From positions 6,243 through 70,242 of the forward strand of contig CAKOOQ010000001.1 in the NCBI GenBank assembly GCA_934098555.1: a stretch of 64,000 nt of DNA, read 5' to 3'. The position numbers and the translations under genes were made by a program. Origin of the DNA: an uncultured Bacilli bacterium (lineage in GTDB: Bacteria > Bacillota_I > Bacilli_A > RF39 > UBA660). The notes below the pieces were generated by a model. It had not been told where the DNA came from and did not search any database. It saw only the letters and a list, made by a program, of their open reading frames with translations. Shown piece after piece: positions 1 through 8,681 of this stretch. Each line of letters begins with the position of its first letter. Positions within the stretch are counted from its first letter, which is position 1.

Positions 1-554
1 TGAATTTTACCAGCAAACAAAGAAGATTGATCATATAATTTAATTTGGTGAGGACTTGGCAAAAGTTTATATTTTTCTTCATATGTCGCCCCAGCTGGAG
101 GATTAATATCAATTTCAAATTTTATTTTTATATTTTTCAGAAGATGATTATACGAATGCTCTTCATTTGTCGGAAAAAACTTCAAAATATGTTCTAGAGT
201 ATCTCCCTTTAAAAATGCTGAAGTAATATTTGAATCAATACTTTTTTGTTTCGATTTAATTTCTAAATTTAAACCATATGCTTCTAACTCACGAGCAATA
301 TAAGGAAAATATTTGCTTAAAGCAAATTCTTTATTCGGTAAAAGAAGAGCAAAATCTAAATCTTCTGAAAATCTGTCTAAATTATAAAAGATTCTAAGAG
401 CTGTTCCACCATAAAAAGCTGCCTTAGAAAAAAAGTCACTTCGTGCTAAACCAGATATAACAATTTCTTGAATAATTTCTTTTAATGAGTTTATTTCATC
501 TGTAGTATTTTTTATTTCATATTTACTAAGCATTTGTTCAATTATATTATTCAT
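1..554 (-). CDS. AbiEii/AbiGii-family nucleotidyltransferase toxin (type IV toxin-antitoxin); 3' part runs off the window start
   Basis: The minus-strand translation from the ATG at 554 reads MNNIIEQMLSKYEIK...FFSKAAFYGGTALRIFYNLDRFSEDLDFALL. The GGTAL...RFSEDLDF block is the DUF1814/AbiEii nucleotidyltransferase signature. The start overlaps the stop of the upstream AbiEi-like gene. Confidence 0.6.
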   Translation of the reverse strand, partial: MNNIIEQMLSKYEIKNTTDEINSLKEIIQEIVISGLARSDFFSKAAFYGGTALRIFYNLDRFSEDLDFALLLPNKEFALSKYFPYIARELEAYGLNLEIKSKQKSIDSNITSAFLKGDTLEHILKFFPTNEEHSYNHLLKNIKIKFEIDINPPAGATYEEKYKLLPSPHQIKLYDQSSLFAGKI

Positions 555-1185
555 TATTTGCCCTCCTCATATAATTAGCCAACAATTTTACATTTGTTGA
601 ATGGTATAAATCACTTAATTTATTAATAACATCTACACTTAAAGTATTAAAATTGTCTTCATCTATTCTTAAATCATCAAATAGCATAATTTCCAAATTT
701 TCCATATTTTTTAAAGGCCTTAATGTATATAATTTGTCACATAAAGCCTTTTCTGGAGAAGCAATTTGATAGATGTATTGATTTTCTTTTTTTAATATAA
801 TTTCTTCGGCATAGACATTCTTAGGCACATCTTGATAAGTAAATGTTCCAAAAGATGTCATATATTTCTTCTTCTTTTTCTTATTGAAGGTTGCTGAGGT
901 AACAACGTCTACTCTTTCAGGTATCAATCCATAATAAGCCAACGCATAATCAAACGAAATATAAGAAGGGCCATAAATGCTTCCAGCAAGTAAATATCCA
1001 GGTGTATTAGCATTTGTTTCATAAAGTCCATTTATAATTTTGATAAGCTTCCCTTCTTTTACCTCACGACCCAATTTTGTATTTTTATTTAAATAATTAT
1101 GTAAATTATTTTTAGCAATTCTATTTGTAACTATCATATTTTCACCACTTTTTATCATTATATGATAATTTCTGGTGAAAATCAA
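547..1185 (-). CDS. AbiEi-like antitoxin / transcriptional regulator of a type IV toxin-antitoxin pair
   Basis: The 212-aa ORF sits immediately upstream of, and overlaps by a few nucleotides, the AbiEii-like gene. Its size and wHTH-like N-terminus fit AbiEi, and the gene order AbiEi then AbiEii is the canonical one. Confidence 0.5.
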   Translation of the reverse strand: MIFTRNYHIMIKSGENMIVTNRIAKNNLHNYLNKNTKLGREVKEGKLIKIINGLYETNANTPGYLLAGSIYGPSYISFDYALAYYGLIPERVDVVTSATFNKKKKKKYMTSFGTFTYQDVPKNVYAEEIILKKENQYIYQIASPEKALCDKLYTLRPLKNMENLEIMLFDDLRIDEDNFNTLSVDVINKLSDLYHSTNVKLLANYMRRANNE

Positions 1186-1536
1186 TGATTTTTATTACTT
1201 AATAAATGATTTTATTACTTAATATATATATTATTTTAGAAGGTATAAGAAAGAAATTTTGACTTTAAAAAGAAAATGAAAGAAACAAAAAAATCTTTTG
1301 CAGGTTCTTTTTTTGACATGTTTTGTCGAATGGCTTGCAAGAACTTTATTTTTGAATAAAATAAGACCTACTTTTGTACAAAGGAATATTTTTAAAGAAA
1401 GAAGATAGATAATGTATACGAAAGAAAAATAAAATTTCCCTTACTTAAAGATAAAGTAGCCAAAAAATTATTTACCGAGAAGAAAGTAGGCTTAGAGTAT
1501 CTTCGGAAGATCATCAGTCTAGCCATCGGTATTCCT

Positions 1537-2271
1537 GTGGATATGATTGATAAAGATATCAAACTTATTCATCCAAGTATTGGTATTAATAAAAATATCG
1601 TTAATTCCGAGGCGAATATTGTCTTAGAAAATGATGAATTCTATGTTAATCTAGAAATTAATTATTATAATAATGAAACCAGTGATATAAAAAATGGTTA
1701 CTTACTTTTAAGACAAGTAAAAACGGCTAAAGAGTATGAAACCCTAAAAAAAGTTTATCAGATTAACTTAAACAGTTATGATGCTTTAGGCCAAGGAGAC
1801 TTTATTTATCACAGTAAACTATATGAAAAGAAATATCATATAGAAAGAAGTGATTTTATCGAAATCATCGATATCAATCTAGAAAACTTACGACAAATCG
1901 ATTATAATACTCTTATAAAGAGCGAAGATATGACATTAGAAAAAGCATTATACCTTTTCGTATGTGATGATACTAAAAAGTTAAATGCTATTTATGAGGG
2001 TGATAAATTGATGAAAAAGTTAATAAAAGAAAATGAAGATTTATTAAAAGAATTTGATGAAATGCTTTATTATGACCGAGACAAAATGTTTTTAAATGCT
2101 TGTTATGATAAAGGCTATAACAAAGGTAAAAATGAAGGAAGGAATGAAGGAAAACAAGAAGAACGCCTACAAATTGCCCAAGAGCTCCTAAAACTCGAAG
2201 TCCCTATTGAAAAAATAGGGATGGCCACAGGGTTAAGTGAGGAAGAAATTTCAATTTTAAAAAATGAGTAA
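1537..2271 (+). CDS. Rpn-family recombination-promoting nuclease / putative transposase (PD-(D/E)XK, YhgA-like), copy 1; possibly 5'-truncated
   Basis: The C-terminal block YYDRDKMFLNACYDKGYNKGKNEG...LEVPIEKIGMATGLSEEEISILKNE and the N-terminal block IVLENDEFYVNLEINYYN are typical of this family. In-frame homology (KIKFPLLKDKVAKKLFTEKKVGLEYLRKIISLAIGIP) extends upstream to about 1396, but there is no in-frame ATG, GTG or TTG there. Confidence 0.55.
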   Translation: MDMIDKDIKLIHPSIGINKNIVNSEANIVLENDEFYVNLEINYYNNETSDIKNGYLLLRQVKTAKEYETLKKVYQINLNSYDALGQGDFIYHSKLYEKKYHIERSDFIEIIDINLENLRQIDYNTLIKSEDMTLEKALYLFVCDDTKKLNAIYEGDKLMKKLIKENEDLLKEFDEMLYYDRDKMFLNACYDKGYNKGKNEGRNEGKQEERLQIAQELLKLEVPIEKIGMATGLSEEEISILKNE

Positions 2272-2324
2272 ACTAACGAAAAGGGACTACCGAGAAAATT
2301 AACTACTTAATTTCTCGACAGCCC

Positions 2325-2375
2325 CTTTATTTAGTTTGTTTTACGATATTGAATTTGTTAAACAATTTTAAGAAG
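2325..2375. repeat. Left copy of a roughly 50-bp direct repeat (partner at 11996..12047), preceded by a terminator-like hairpin at 2284-2325
   Basis: The sequence ctttatttagtttgttttacgatattgaatttgttaaacaattttaagaag is about 92% identical to 11996-12047 in the same orientation. The hairpin GGGACTACCGAGAAA...TTTCTCGACAGCCCC lies just upstream and is followed by a T-rich run. Confidence 0.5.
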
Positions 2376-2816
2376 ATGTCATATTTGAATCGATACTATT
2401 TTATTTTGACTTAATTTCTAAATCTAATCCATATGCTTCCAACTCACGAGCAATATAAGAAAAGTATTCGCTTAAATCAAACTCTTTATTCGGCAAAAGA
2501 AGAGCAAAATCCAAATCTTTGGAAAATCTGTCTAAATTAAAAAAATTCTAAGAGCTGTTTCTCTGTAAAAAGCAGCATTTGAGAAAAAATCACTTTTCGA
2601 TAAACCTGATAAAACAATTCCCTGAATGATTTCTTTTAGGGCATTTGTTTCATAAAATCCATTTATAAATTTGATAAACTTTCCCGCTTTTACTTCACAA
2701 CCGAATTTTATATTTTTAGCAATTTTATTCGTAATTATCATATTTTCATCATTATGTGATAATTTCTGATGAAAATCAGCGGGTCTGTTGCCTAATTTAC
2801 ATGTAACGGTATACAT
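2376..2816 (-). pseudogene. Deletion-derived remnant of a second AbiEi/AbiEii locus; the AbiEi N-terminus is fused to the AbiEii N-terminus
   Basis: Nucleotides 2380-2640 are about 85% identical to 226-480 (the 5' part of AbiEii). Nucleotides 2640-2830 match 1060-1250 (the AbiEi 5' end plus its upstream region). The 94-aa ORF 2532..2816 reads MIITNKIAKN...FINGFYETNA joined directly to LKEIIQGIVLSGLSKSDFFSNAAFYRETALRIF. Confidence 0.55.
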
Positions 2817-2838
2817 GTTATAATTTTTTAGAAGGTAT

Positions 2839-3549
2839 GTGAAACTAATGATTAAAATTTTATTATGTATGATTCCAAGCTTATTTTTATTGATTTATAT
2901 TTATCAAAAAGATAAGATTGAAAAAGAACCCCTACCTTTACTTATTATTTTATTTTTAATGGGTATGGCTTGTTGTCTTTTGTCTATTTTTATAGCCAAA
3001 GTTTTTCAAACTTATTTTCCTTTTCTAATCTTATCTTATCATGACTTAAAACTTTGGCAAATTATCTTTAAAATTTTAGTAACCATTGGTTTTATTGAAG
3101 AAGCCTTAAAATGGCTTGTAACTTATTTTATTACTTGGCGTAATAAAAATTTTAAACATGTTTATGACCCAATTGTTTACTGTGTCACAACATCTCTTGG
3201 ATTTGCCACATTAGAAAATATAATTTATGCTTTAAATTTTAAAGCTTTGGGTATCCTCCCTATTTTTTTAAGAGGAATACTTTCCGTACCCAATCATGCC
3301 GTCTTTGGTATTTTTATGGGTTATTATCTAGGACTAGCTAAAAAGGAAAATAGAAAACGATATAAACTTTTAAGTCTTTTAGTTCCCTTATATTTTCATT
3401 TTATCTATGATATGCTTTTGGTAAGTAAGAATCCATTTACTTTTTTATTCTTTATTATTTATGTCGCGGTTTGCTATCTTTTTGCTTACAGTCGTCTTAA
3501 AAAATTAGCCCAAGTCAAAACCAATTTAACCACGAAAAAAGGGACATAA
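2839..3549 (+). CDS. prsW: PrsW-family intramembrane glutamic protease
   Basis: The protein is polytopic and carries the family motifs FIEEALKW (EExxK), GFATLENI (FxxxE) and NHAVFGIFMGYY (HxxxF). Confidence 0.6.
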   Translation: MKLMIKILLCMIPSLFLLIYIYQKDKIEKEPLPLLIILFLMGMACCLLSIFIAKVFQTYFPFLILSYHDLKLWQIIFKILVTIGFIEEALKWLVTYFITWRNKNFKHVYDPIVYCVTTSLGFATLENIIYALNFKALGILPIFLRGILSVPNHAVFGIFMGYYLGLAKKENRKRYKLLSLLVPLYFHFIYDMLLVSKNPFTFLFFIIYVAVCYLFAYSRLKKLAQVKTNLTTKKGT

Positions 3550-3555
3550 GTCCTT

Positions 3556-3798
3556 TTATTTTGCCTTTAAATAATCTTCTACCAGTTCTTCAATCCCTTT
3601 TACCGTTTTTAATTTGCTTCTATCTATTCTTGTTGGTTGCAAATAAATGCCATAATCTTCAAGAGTTGTAAAAAGTTCAATAAAAGCATAAGAATCCAAT
3701 AATCCACTTTCAATTAAATTAATATCTTTTTCGTAGACTTTTTTATCTTCACAAACTTCATATAAAATATCTGCGATGTTTAACTTTTTATTATTCAT
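3556..3798 (-). CDS. dltC: D-alanyl carrier protein DltC
   Basis: The 80-aa protein aligns along its whole length with Bacillus DltC and carries the phosphopantetheine-attachment motif GLLDSY. Its start overlaps the stop of the dltA-like gene. Confidence 0.7.
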   Translation of the reverse strand: MNNKKLNIADILYEVCEDKKVYEKDINLIESGLLDSYAFIELFTTLEDYGIYLQPTRIDRSKLKTVKGIEELVEDYLKAK

Positions 3799-5207
3799 AA
3801 ATCAAGTAAAGCCTTTCTATCTATTTTTCCATTATTATTAATAGGCATTTTTTCTATAATCTGAATTGTTTTAGGCATCATGTAACCTGGAATTTTTTGG
3901 GAAAGCTCTTTTTCTAAATAGTCCTCCGTGATATTATCACCGACAACAAAAGCTTTAATAAGTTTCACAGTTTGTTTGGGGGTATATTTGGCAATAACCG
4001 CACATTCTTTAACACCAGTTATAATAGAAAGATTGTATTCAATATCATCAAGTTCAATACGATATCCCTTATATTTTATTTGTCTATCTTTTCTCCCCTT
4101 ACAATACAGGTAGCCATTTTTAAAATAGCCCATATCACCTGTTTTGTAACAGTCTAAATTATTTTCTCTATAATAACCACCTTTTACATGGCCTAAATAA
4201 CCTTTAAAAACACTGGTCCCTTTTAAAATAATTTCATCATCTTGAATATCTACAATAGTTGCAAAATGATTTTGCCGGCCAACAGGTAAAATTTCTTCCG
4301 TGGCAAGCATAGTCTTAGTGATATTAATAGCTGAAATGGCCGAGGTAGCTTCCGTAGGACCATAGGCATTGATAATATTTAACTTAGGAAAGGCTTGAAA
4401 TAATTTAGCTACTAGATTTTTATCAAGTAATTCCCCACAAAAATAAACACATTTAAATTTAGGAAAAGATACGAAGTTAAAATCTTTATTTAATAAAAGG
4501 AGTTTCATGAAAGTAGGTGTCATGACAGCCACATCGATTTCTTTTAAAATATCAAAAACGAGAGCATAATTTTCTTGAATGTCCTCTTTAAAAGCATATA
4601 AGGTATGCCCATTACACAAACTATAATAAAAATCAGCTACACTTAAATCAAAACTAAAACTAGCTTGATTAAAAACATTAACATTTTTATAATCCTTTAA
4701 GGGTTCTAATGTGTTTATAAAAGATACAAAATTTTCTAGGTTTTTAATCGAAATGGGTACTCCTTTAGGTTCACCGGTACTTCCTGAAGTAAAGATAATA
4801 TAGGCAATATCACTTTGACAAGAATATTTTTGATTAGAAAAAACCACTAAATCATCTAAAGAACAACACATGACATGTTGAAGGTTAATTTTTTCATTCG
4901 TTAACACAAGCGTTGCTTGGGTAAGATTTATTATTTTTATAAGTCTTTCTTGTGGGGTACAAATACCAACAGGCACATAAGTTCTTCGCGCTATTAAACA
5001 GGCTAAAATAGATTTTACAACATTGATTTCCTTATGACCGTAGATAATAACCGGAGCATTGCCTTGCTTTTTTAATATCTTGGCAAAATGAGTAGCTTCC
5101 TTCCATAGTTTTTCATAAGTGATGCTTTCATTTCCAACTTTATAAGCCACTCTCTTTTTATTTTTTCGAACACTATCTGAAATTTTACTGAGTAACACAA
5201 TCATCAT
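3795..5207 (-). CDS. dltA: D-alanine--D-alanyl carrier protein ligase DltA (adenylation enzyme)
   Basis: YIIFTSGSTGEPKGVPISIKNLENF and FNQASFSFDLSV closely match the B. subtilis DltA core ([37 protein letters not shown]). NAYGPTEAT and the C-terminal NGKIDRKAL are also present. Confidence 0.8.
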   Translation of the reverse strand: MMIVLLSKISDSVRKNKKRVAYKVGNESITYEKLWKEATHFAKILKKQGNAPVIIYGHKEINVVKSILACLIARRTYVPVGICTPQERLIKIINLTQATLVLTNEKINLQHVMCCSLDDLVVFSNQKYSCQSDIAYIIFTSGSTGEPKGVPISIKNLENFVSFINTLEPLKDYKNVNVFNQASFSFDLSVADFYYSLCNGHTLYAFKEDIQENYALVFDILKEIDVAVMTPTFMKLLLLNKDFNFVSFPKFKCVYFCGELLDKNLVAKLFQAFPKLNIINAYGPTEATSAISAINITKTMLATEEILPVGRQNHFATIVDIQDDEIILKGTSVFKGYLGHVKGGYYRENNLDCYKTGDMGYFKNGYLYCKGRKDRQIKYKGYRIELDDIEYNLSIITGVKECAVIAKYTPKQTVKLIKAFVVGDNITEDYLEKELSQKIPGYMMPKTIQIIEKMPINNNGKIDRKALLDL

Positions 5208-6027
5208 TCCTTATTTGATCTTTAGGTATTAAGCTATAATCATACATAACCTCTGAATGATTATCCAAAATAAGTTCTTTATACAGCTCTTTATTCGTTA
5301 ACCTATCGATAACAATACGATAAACTTGGGAGATACGATAATATTCTTGGCCTTCTTTTTTAAAATGATGGTTTTCTTCAACAATTTTATACCGACAAGG
5401 AAAAGGTCTTTCACTTCTTAATTCACCACATAATTCGCCATTTTCCACCCATACCAAAATTTGAATATCTTGATCCGTGTTATTTTTAAAACGATAATCA
5501 ATATTATTATAAAAAACAGAGGTGCCTGTTCCAAATGGTACTTTTCTTCTTTCATCGGGAAATAAAGCATCTGAGTGATGATGAAGTTCCACGACCTTTA
5601 AAGGGCTATTTAAAACAAGCCAATGAATCATATTAGCCATTTGACAAAGGCCTCCCCCATAACCTTTCCCCATTCCGGTTCGGCTAATGACTAAGCCCTC
5701 TTTATATCCCTCTTTTTTGGTTGCACGTCCAATGGTCTTCCAATAGGAAAAAACTTCATTAGGGTGAATAACGATACCATTAATTTTATTACAGGCCAAC
5801 ATAATATTGGTCACTTTATTTTCTTGTAACTTTAAATCGACACCATAAAGTTTTCGAATTAAAATAGAACTATGGCTCTTTACAATATTAGGTAATTCTT
5901 CCTGCTTCTTTTCTGTTGCAATTTTATCTTTACTCAAAGCATCCTTTAATTTACGAAGCATGATTTCTTTTTCCACCGATATCTTATAACATGTTGGATT
6001 TATATCACAAAAAAGTTTTCTTCTCAT
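5185..6027 (-). CDS. VanW-domain protein (cytoplasmic, no TM segment)
   Basis: The GMGKGYGGGLCQMAN block is the VanW-family signature. The gene overlaps dltA by 23 nt, which implies translational coupling. Confidence 0.55.
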   Translation of the reverse strand: MRRKLFCDINPTCYKISVEKEIMLRKLKDALSKDKIATEKKQEELPNIVKSHSSILIRKLYGVDLKLQENKVTNIMLACNKINGIVIHPNEVFSYWKTIGRATKKEGYKEGLVISRTGMGKGYGGGLCQMANMIHWLVLNSPLKVVELHHHSDALFPDERRKVPFGTGTSVFYNNIDYRFKNNTDQDIQILVWVENGELCGELRSERPFPCRYKIVEENHHFKKEGQEYYRISQVYRIVIDRLTNKELYKELILDNHSEVMYDYSLIPKDQIRNDDCVTQ

Positions 6028-6135
6028 AACATCTTACTCCTAAATATCTTATAACAGTTTTAATTATAACATAAAGTATTATTGGTTGTATATTATTTAA
6101 AAATTCTATATTATTATAGTATTAGGTGATGATAA

Positions 6136-6732
6136 ATGTACGAATTAAGAAAACTAGACGAATTCAAGACACCCGTTTTAATCGATTTTTTTAAAGAAAT
6201 TTATCCTTTAAAGCAACTAAGGATAAAAAAGATGGTTAATAAACGTCGTTTAAAGCATGCTATAATAGGAGAAATTTTGCTAAGAAAACTTTTAGAAAAA
6301 AATGGTCTATCTTACAAAAGTTTAGATTTTATAAATAATGAACAGGGTAAACCTTATATAAAAAATAATCCTATCTTTTTTAGTATTAGTCACTCTTTTC
6401 TTTATGTGATAGTTGTCACATCCTATCATGAAATTGGTGTTGATATTGAAAAAGTAAGAAAAACGCATGAGAATGTATGGCACCAGTTCGCGACCGAGAC
6501 TGAAAAAAATTATCTTTTTTCTTCTAAAAAAAATATAGAAAGAAGAATTTTTGAAATTTTTTGTTTAAAAGAGGCTTATTTTAAAATGAAAGGAAATAAT
6601 CTTAATGATGCAAAAAGTGTGGAATTTTATATAACCCAACGTGGCGTTTCATGTAGTGATAAAAGTGTCCATGCTTATTTTATTAAAGACTTAAAAGATT
6701 ATGTGGTGGCTGTTTGTGAAAAAATTAATTAA
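6136..6732 (+). CDS. 4'-phosphopantetheinyl transferase (Sfp-type size, 198 aa)
   Basis: The HEIGVDIEKV motif (GxDxE) is present together with the second-half motifs FCLKEAYFKMKG (K-E-A-x-x-K). Confidence 0.55.
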   Translation: MYELRKLDEFKTPVLIDFFKEIYPLKQLRIKKMVNKRRLKHAIIGEILLRKLLEKNGLSYKSLDFINNEQGKPYIKNNPIFFSISHSFLYVIVVTSYHEIGVDIEKVRKTHENVWHQFATETEKNYLFSSKKNIERRIFEIFCLKEAYFKMKGNNLNDAKSVEFYITQRGVSCSDKSVHAYFIKDLKDYVVAVCEKIN

Positions 6733-7993
6733 TGTTTTAACCTACTTTATTTCATTAGGAATTATAGGTTTTGTCATTTGGTACTTTTACGACATATATA
6801 AGTGTAAAACCCTTACCGGAAAAATTACCTATTATGATAATAATATCATGGAAATAGCAACGTACAATGAGGCTTTTTATAGCTTTAACTATGATAATCA
6901 AGAATGTAAGCTAAACGATGAGGTTAAAGTTTTTTACACAGGAAAATTAGAAGATACTTCACCTATACAAAATATTACTATAAAAAAAATAAGCAAAATA
7001 AAACGTCAAGAAACAAATATTACCAAGAAACTTGCGACGATGAGTTTAGAAGAAAAAGTTGGCCAGCTTTTATTAGCAAGAGTTCCTTTGACACACAAAA
7101 TAGATGATTTGAAAACATATCACCTTGGAGGCTATATTCTCTATCAAAGAGATATTAAAAATAAAACGAAAAAAGAAGTTCAAACGGAAATAAAAAGCTA
7201 TCAAAAAGAAAGCAATTTTCCTCTTTTTATTGCTATTGATGAAGAAGGAGGAACTGTGTCTCGCTTAAACGGGAATGATAATATTACCAAAGAAAAATTT
7301 TTGTCCCCCAAAGAGTTATATCAAAAAGGCGGCTTTGATTTGATTGAAAAAGATGCAATTCGAAAAAGAGACCTATTGCAAGAATTAGGAATAAATTTGA
7401 ATTTAGCTCCTGTGGCTGACATGAGTAATGATGAAAACTCCTTTATTTTTGCAAGAACTTTTGGAAGTAACGCTGAAGAAACATCTCAATATATAAAAAC
7501 AATTTTAAAAACGCAAAATGATAAAGTATTTTATGTTTTAAAACACTTTCCTGGTTATGGCGATAATCTTGATACTCACACGGGCAACGCTATAGATAAT
7601 CGAAGTTTAAAAACTTTTGAAGAAAAAGATTTCAAGCCTTTTATATCAGGAATCGACAACGGTGCCAAATTCATTATGTTATCTCATAATATTGTTTCGA
7701 ATGTCGATAATGTACCTACTTCATTGTCAAAAATTTGGCATAATATTTTAAGAAATCAACTACACTTTGAAGGCATTATTTTAACGGATAATTTATCCAT
7801 GAAAGCCTCTCAAATAAATACATCTACTCCTTATATAGACGCAGTTAAGGCAGGTAACAATTTACTAATCGTTTCTGATTACAAGGCGGCATTTAAAGAA
7901 ATTTATGAGGCCATACAAAACAAAATAATAACGGAAGCTTTTATAGATACATTAATATTCAAAACCTTAACTTTTAAAGACAAAATTATTTAA
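6701..7993 (+). CDS. Glycoside hydrolase family 3 (NagZ-like beta-N-acetylhexosaminidase), membrane-anchored
   Basis: There is an N-terminal TM segment. KVGQLLLARVP and LKHFPGYGDNLDTHTG match the GH3 KHFPGHG...DSH motif. The gene overlaps the PPTase gene by 32 nt. Confidence 0.6.
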   Translation: MWWLFVKKLINVLTYFISLGIIGFVIWYFYDIYKCKTLTGKITYYDNNIMEIATYNEAFYSFNYDNQECKLNDEVKVFYTGKLEDTSPIQNITIKKISKIKRQETNITKKLATMSLEEKVGQLLLARVPLTHKIDDLKTYHLGGYILYQRDIKNKTKKEVQTEIKSYQKESNFPLFIAIDEEGGTVSRLNGNDNITKEKFLSPKELYQKGGFDLIEKDAIRKRDLLQELGINLNLAPVADMSNDENSFIFARTFGSNAEETSQYIKTILKTQNDKVFYVLKHFPGYGDNLDTHTGNAIDNRSLKTFEEKDFKPFISGIDNGAKFIMLSHNIVSNVDNVPTSLSKIWHNILRNQLHFEGIILTDNLSMKASQINTSTPYIDAVKAGNNLLIVSDYKAAFKEIYEAIQNKIITEAFIDTLIFKTLTFKDKII

Positions 7994-8029
7994 AAATCTT
8001 TTGAAACAACTTTCTCTTTAAAAGATTCA

Positions 8030-8443
8030 AGCTGTCATCCTCAAAAAAGTCATCGAGTAGAAATCATCGATATCAATCTAGAGAATTATGACAAATCGAT
8101 TATAATACTTTTATGAACAGCGAAAATTTGCTTGAGAAAGTGTTATACATCTTTATCTGTGATGGTAAAGAAAGATTAGACAAAGTTTATAAGGTGATAA
8201 ATTAATCGGAGAAAAAAACAGTCTTCTTAATGATACCGAGACGAAATGTTTTTAAATGCTTGTTACGAGAAGGAATATAGTAAAGGTAAAAGCATTGGCT
8301 ATAACAAAGGCAAAAATGAAGAGCGTCTGAAAATTTCTAAAAAATTTAAAAAAAAAATGTCTATTCATGAAATTATTGCAATAACAAATTTAACAGAAGA
8401 AATGATAACAAAATTAAAAAAAGATATGGCAAAAAGAAGCTAA
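8030..8443 (+). pseudogene. Rpn-family nuclease remnant (copy 3), C-terminal half only, decayed
   Basis: Nucleotides 8040-8290 match 1850-2130 of copy 1 (IEIIDINLENL...YYDRDKMFLNACY) with frameshifts. Only a 65-aa ORF (MFLNACYEKEYSKGK...) remains. Confidence 0.5.
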
Positions 8444-8608
8444 GTGGAAATACACAATCAGTTTGTTGACCTAATCATTTTATTTCAGTCTTATTTAAGC
8501 AATCATTTTAGACTATTTCCTCACTTACTTTATGTGAGGATAATATTAAAACAATAGTTTTTATGTTAAAATAACTCATGTGATATATTTTAAATTTTAT
8601 CACATCTG

Positions 8609-8639
8609 GCTCCAGAAAATAACTTCTGGAGCTTTTTTT
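8609..8639 (+). terminator. Rho-independent terminator hairpin (GCTCCAGAA-aataa-CTTCTGGAGC plus T7); a second minus-strand hairpin lies at 8640-8680
   Basis: A perfect 10-bp stem is followed by TTTTTTT. On the minus strand, gctgagtg...tacttagc followed by T9 serves as the terminator of the 553-aa gene. Confidence 0.45.
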
Positions 8640-8681
8640 AATTTTGAAGTAAAAAAAAAGCTAAGTAGAAATTATTCATTT

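Noticed and set aside
3928-4157. ORFs 3928..4113 and 3972..4157 on the plus strand
   Set aside because: They lie antisense inside the well-supported dltA coding region. They have low-complexity hydrophobic translations with no motifs, so they are spurious.
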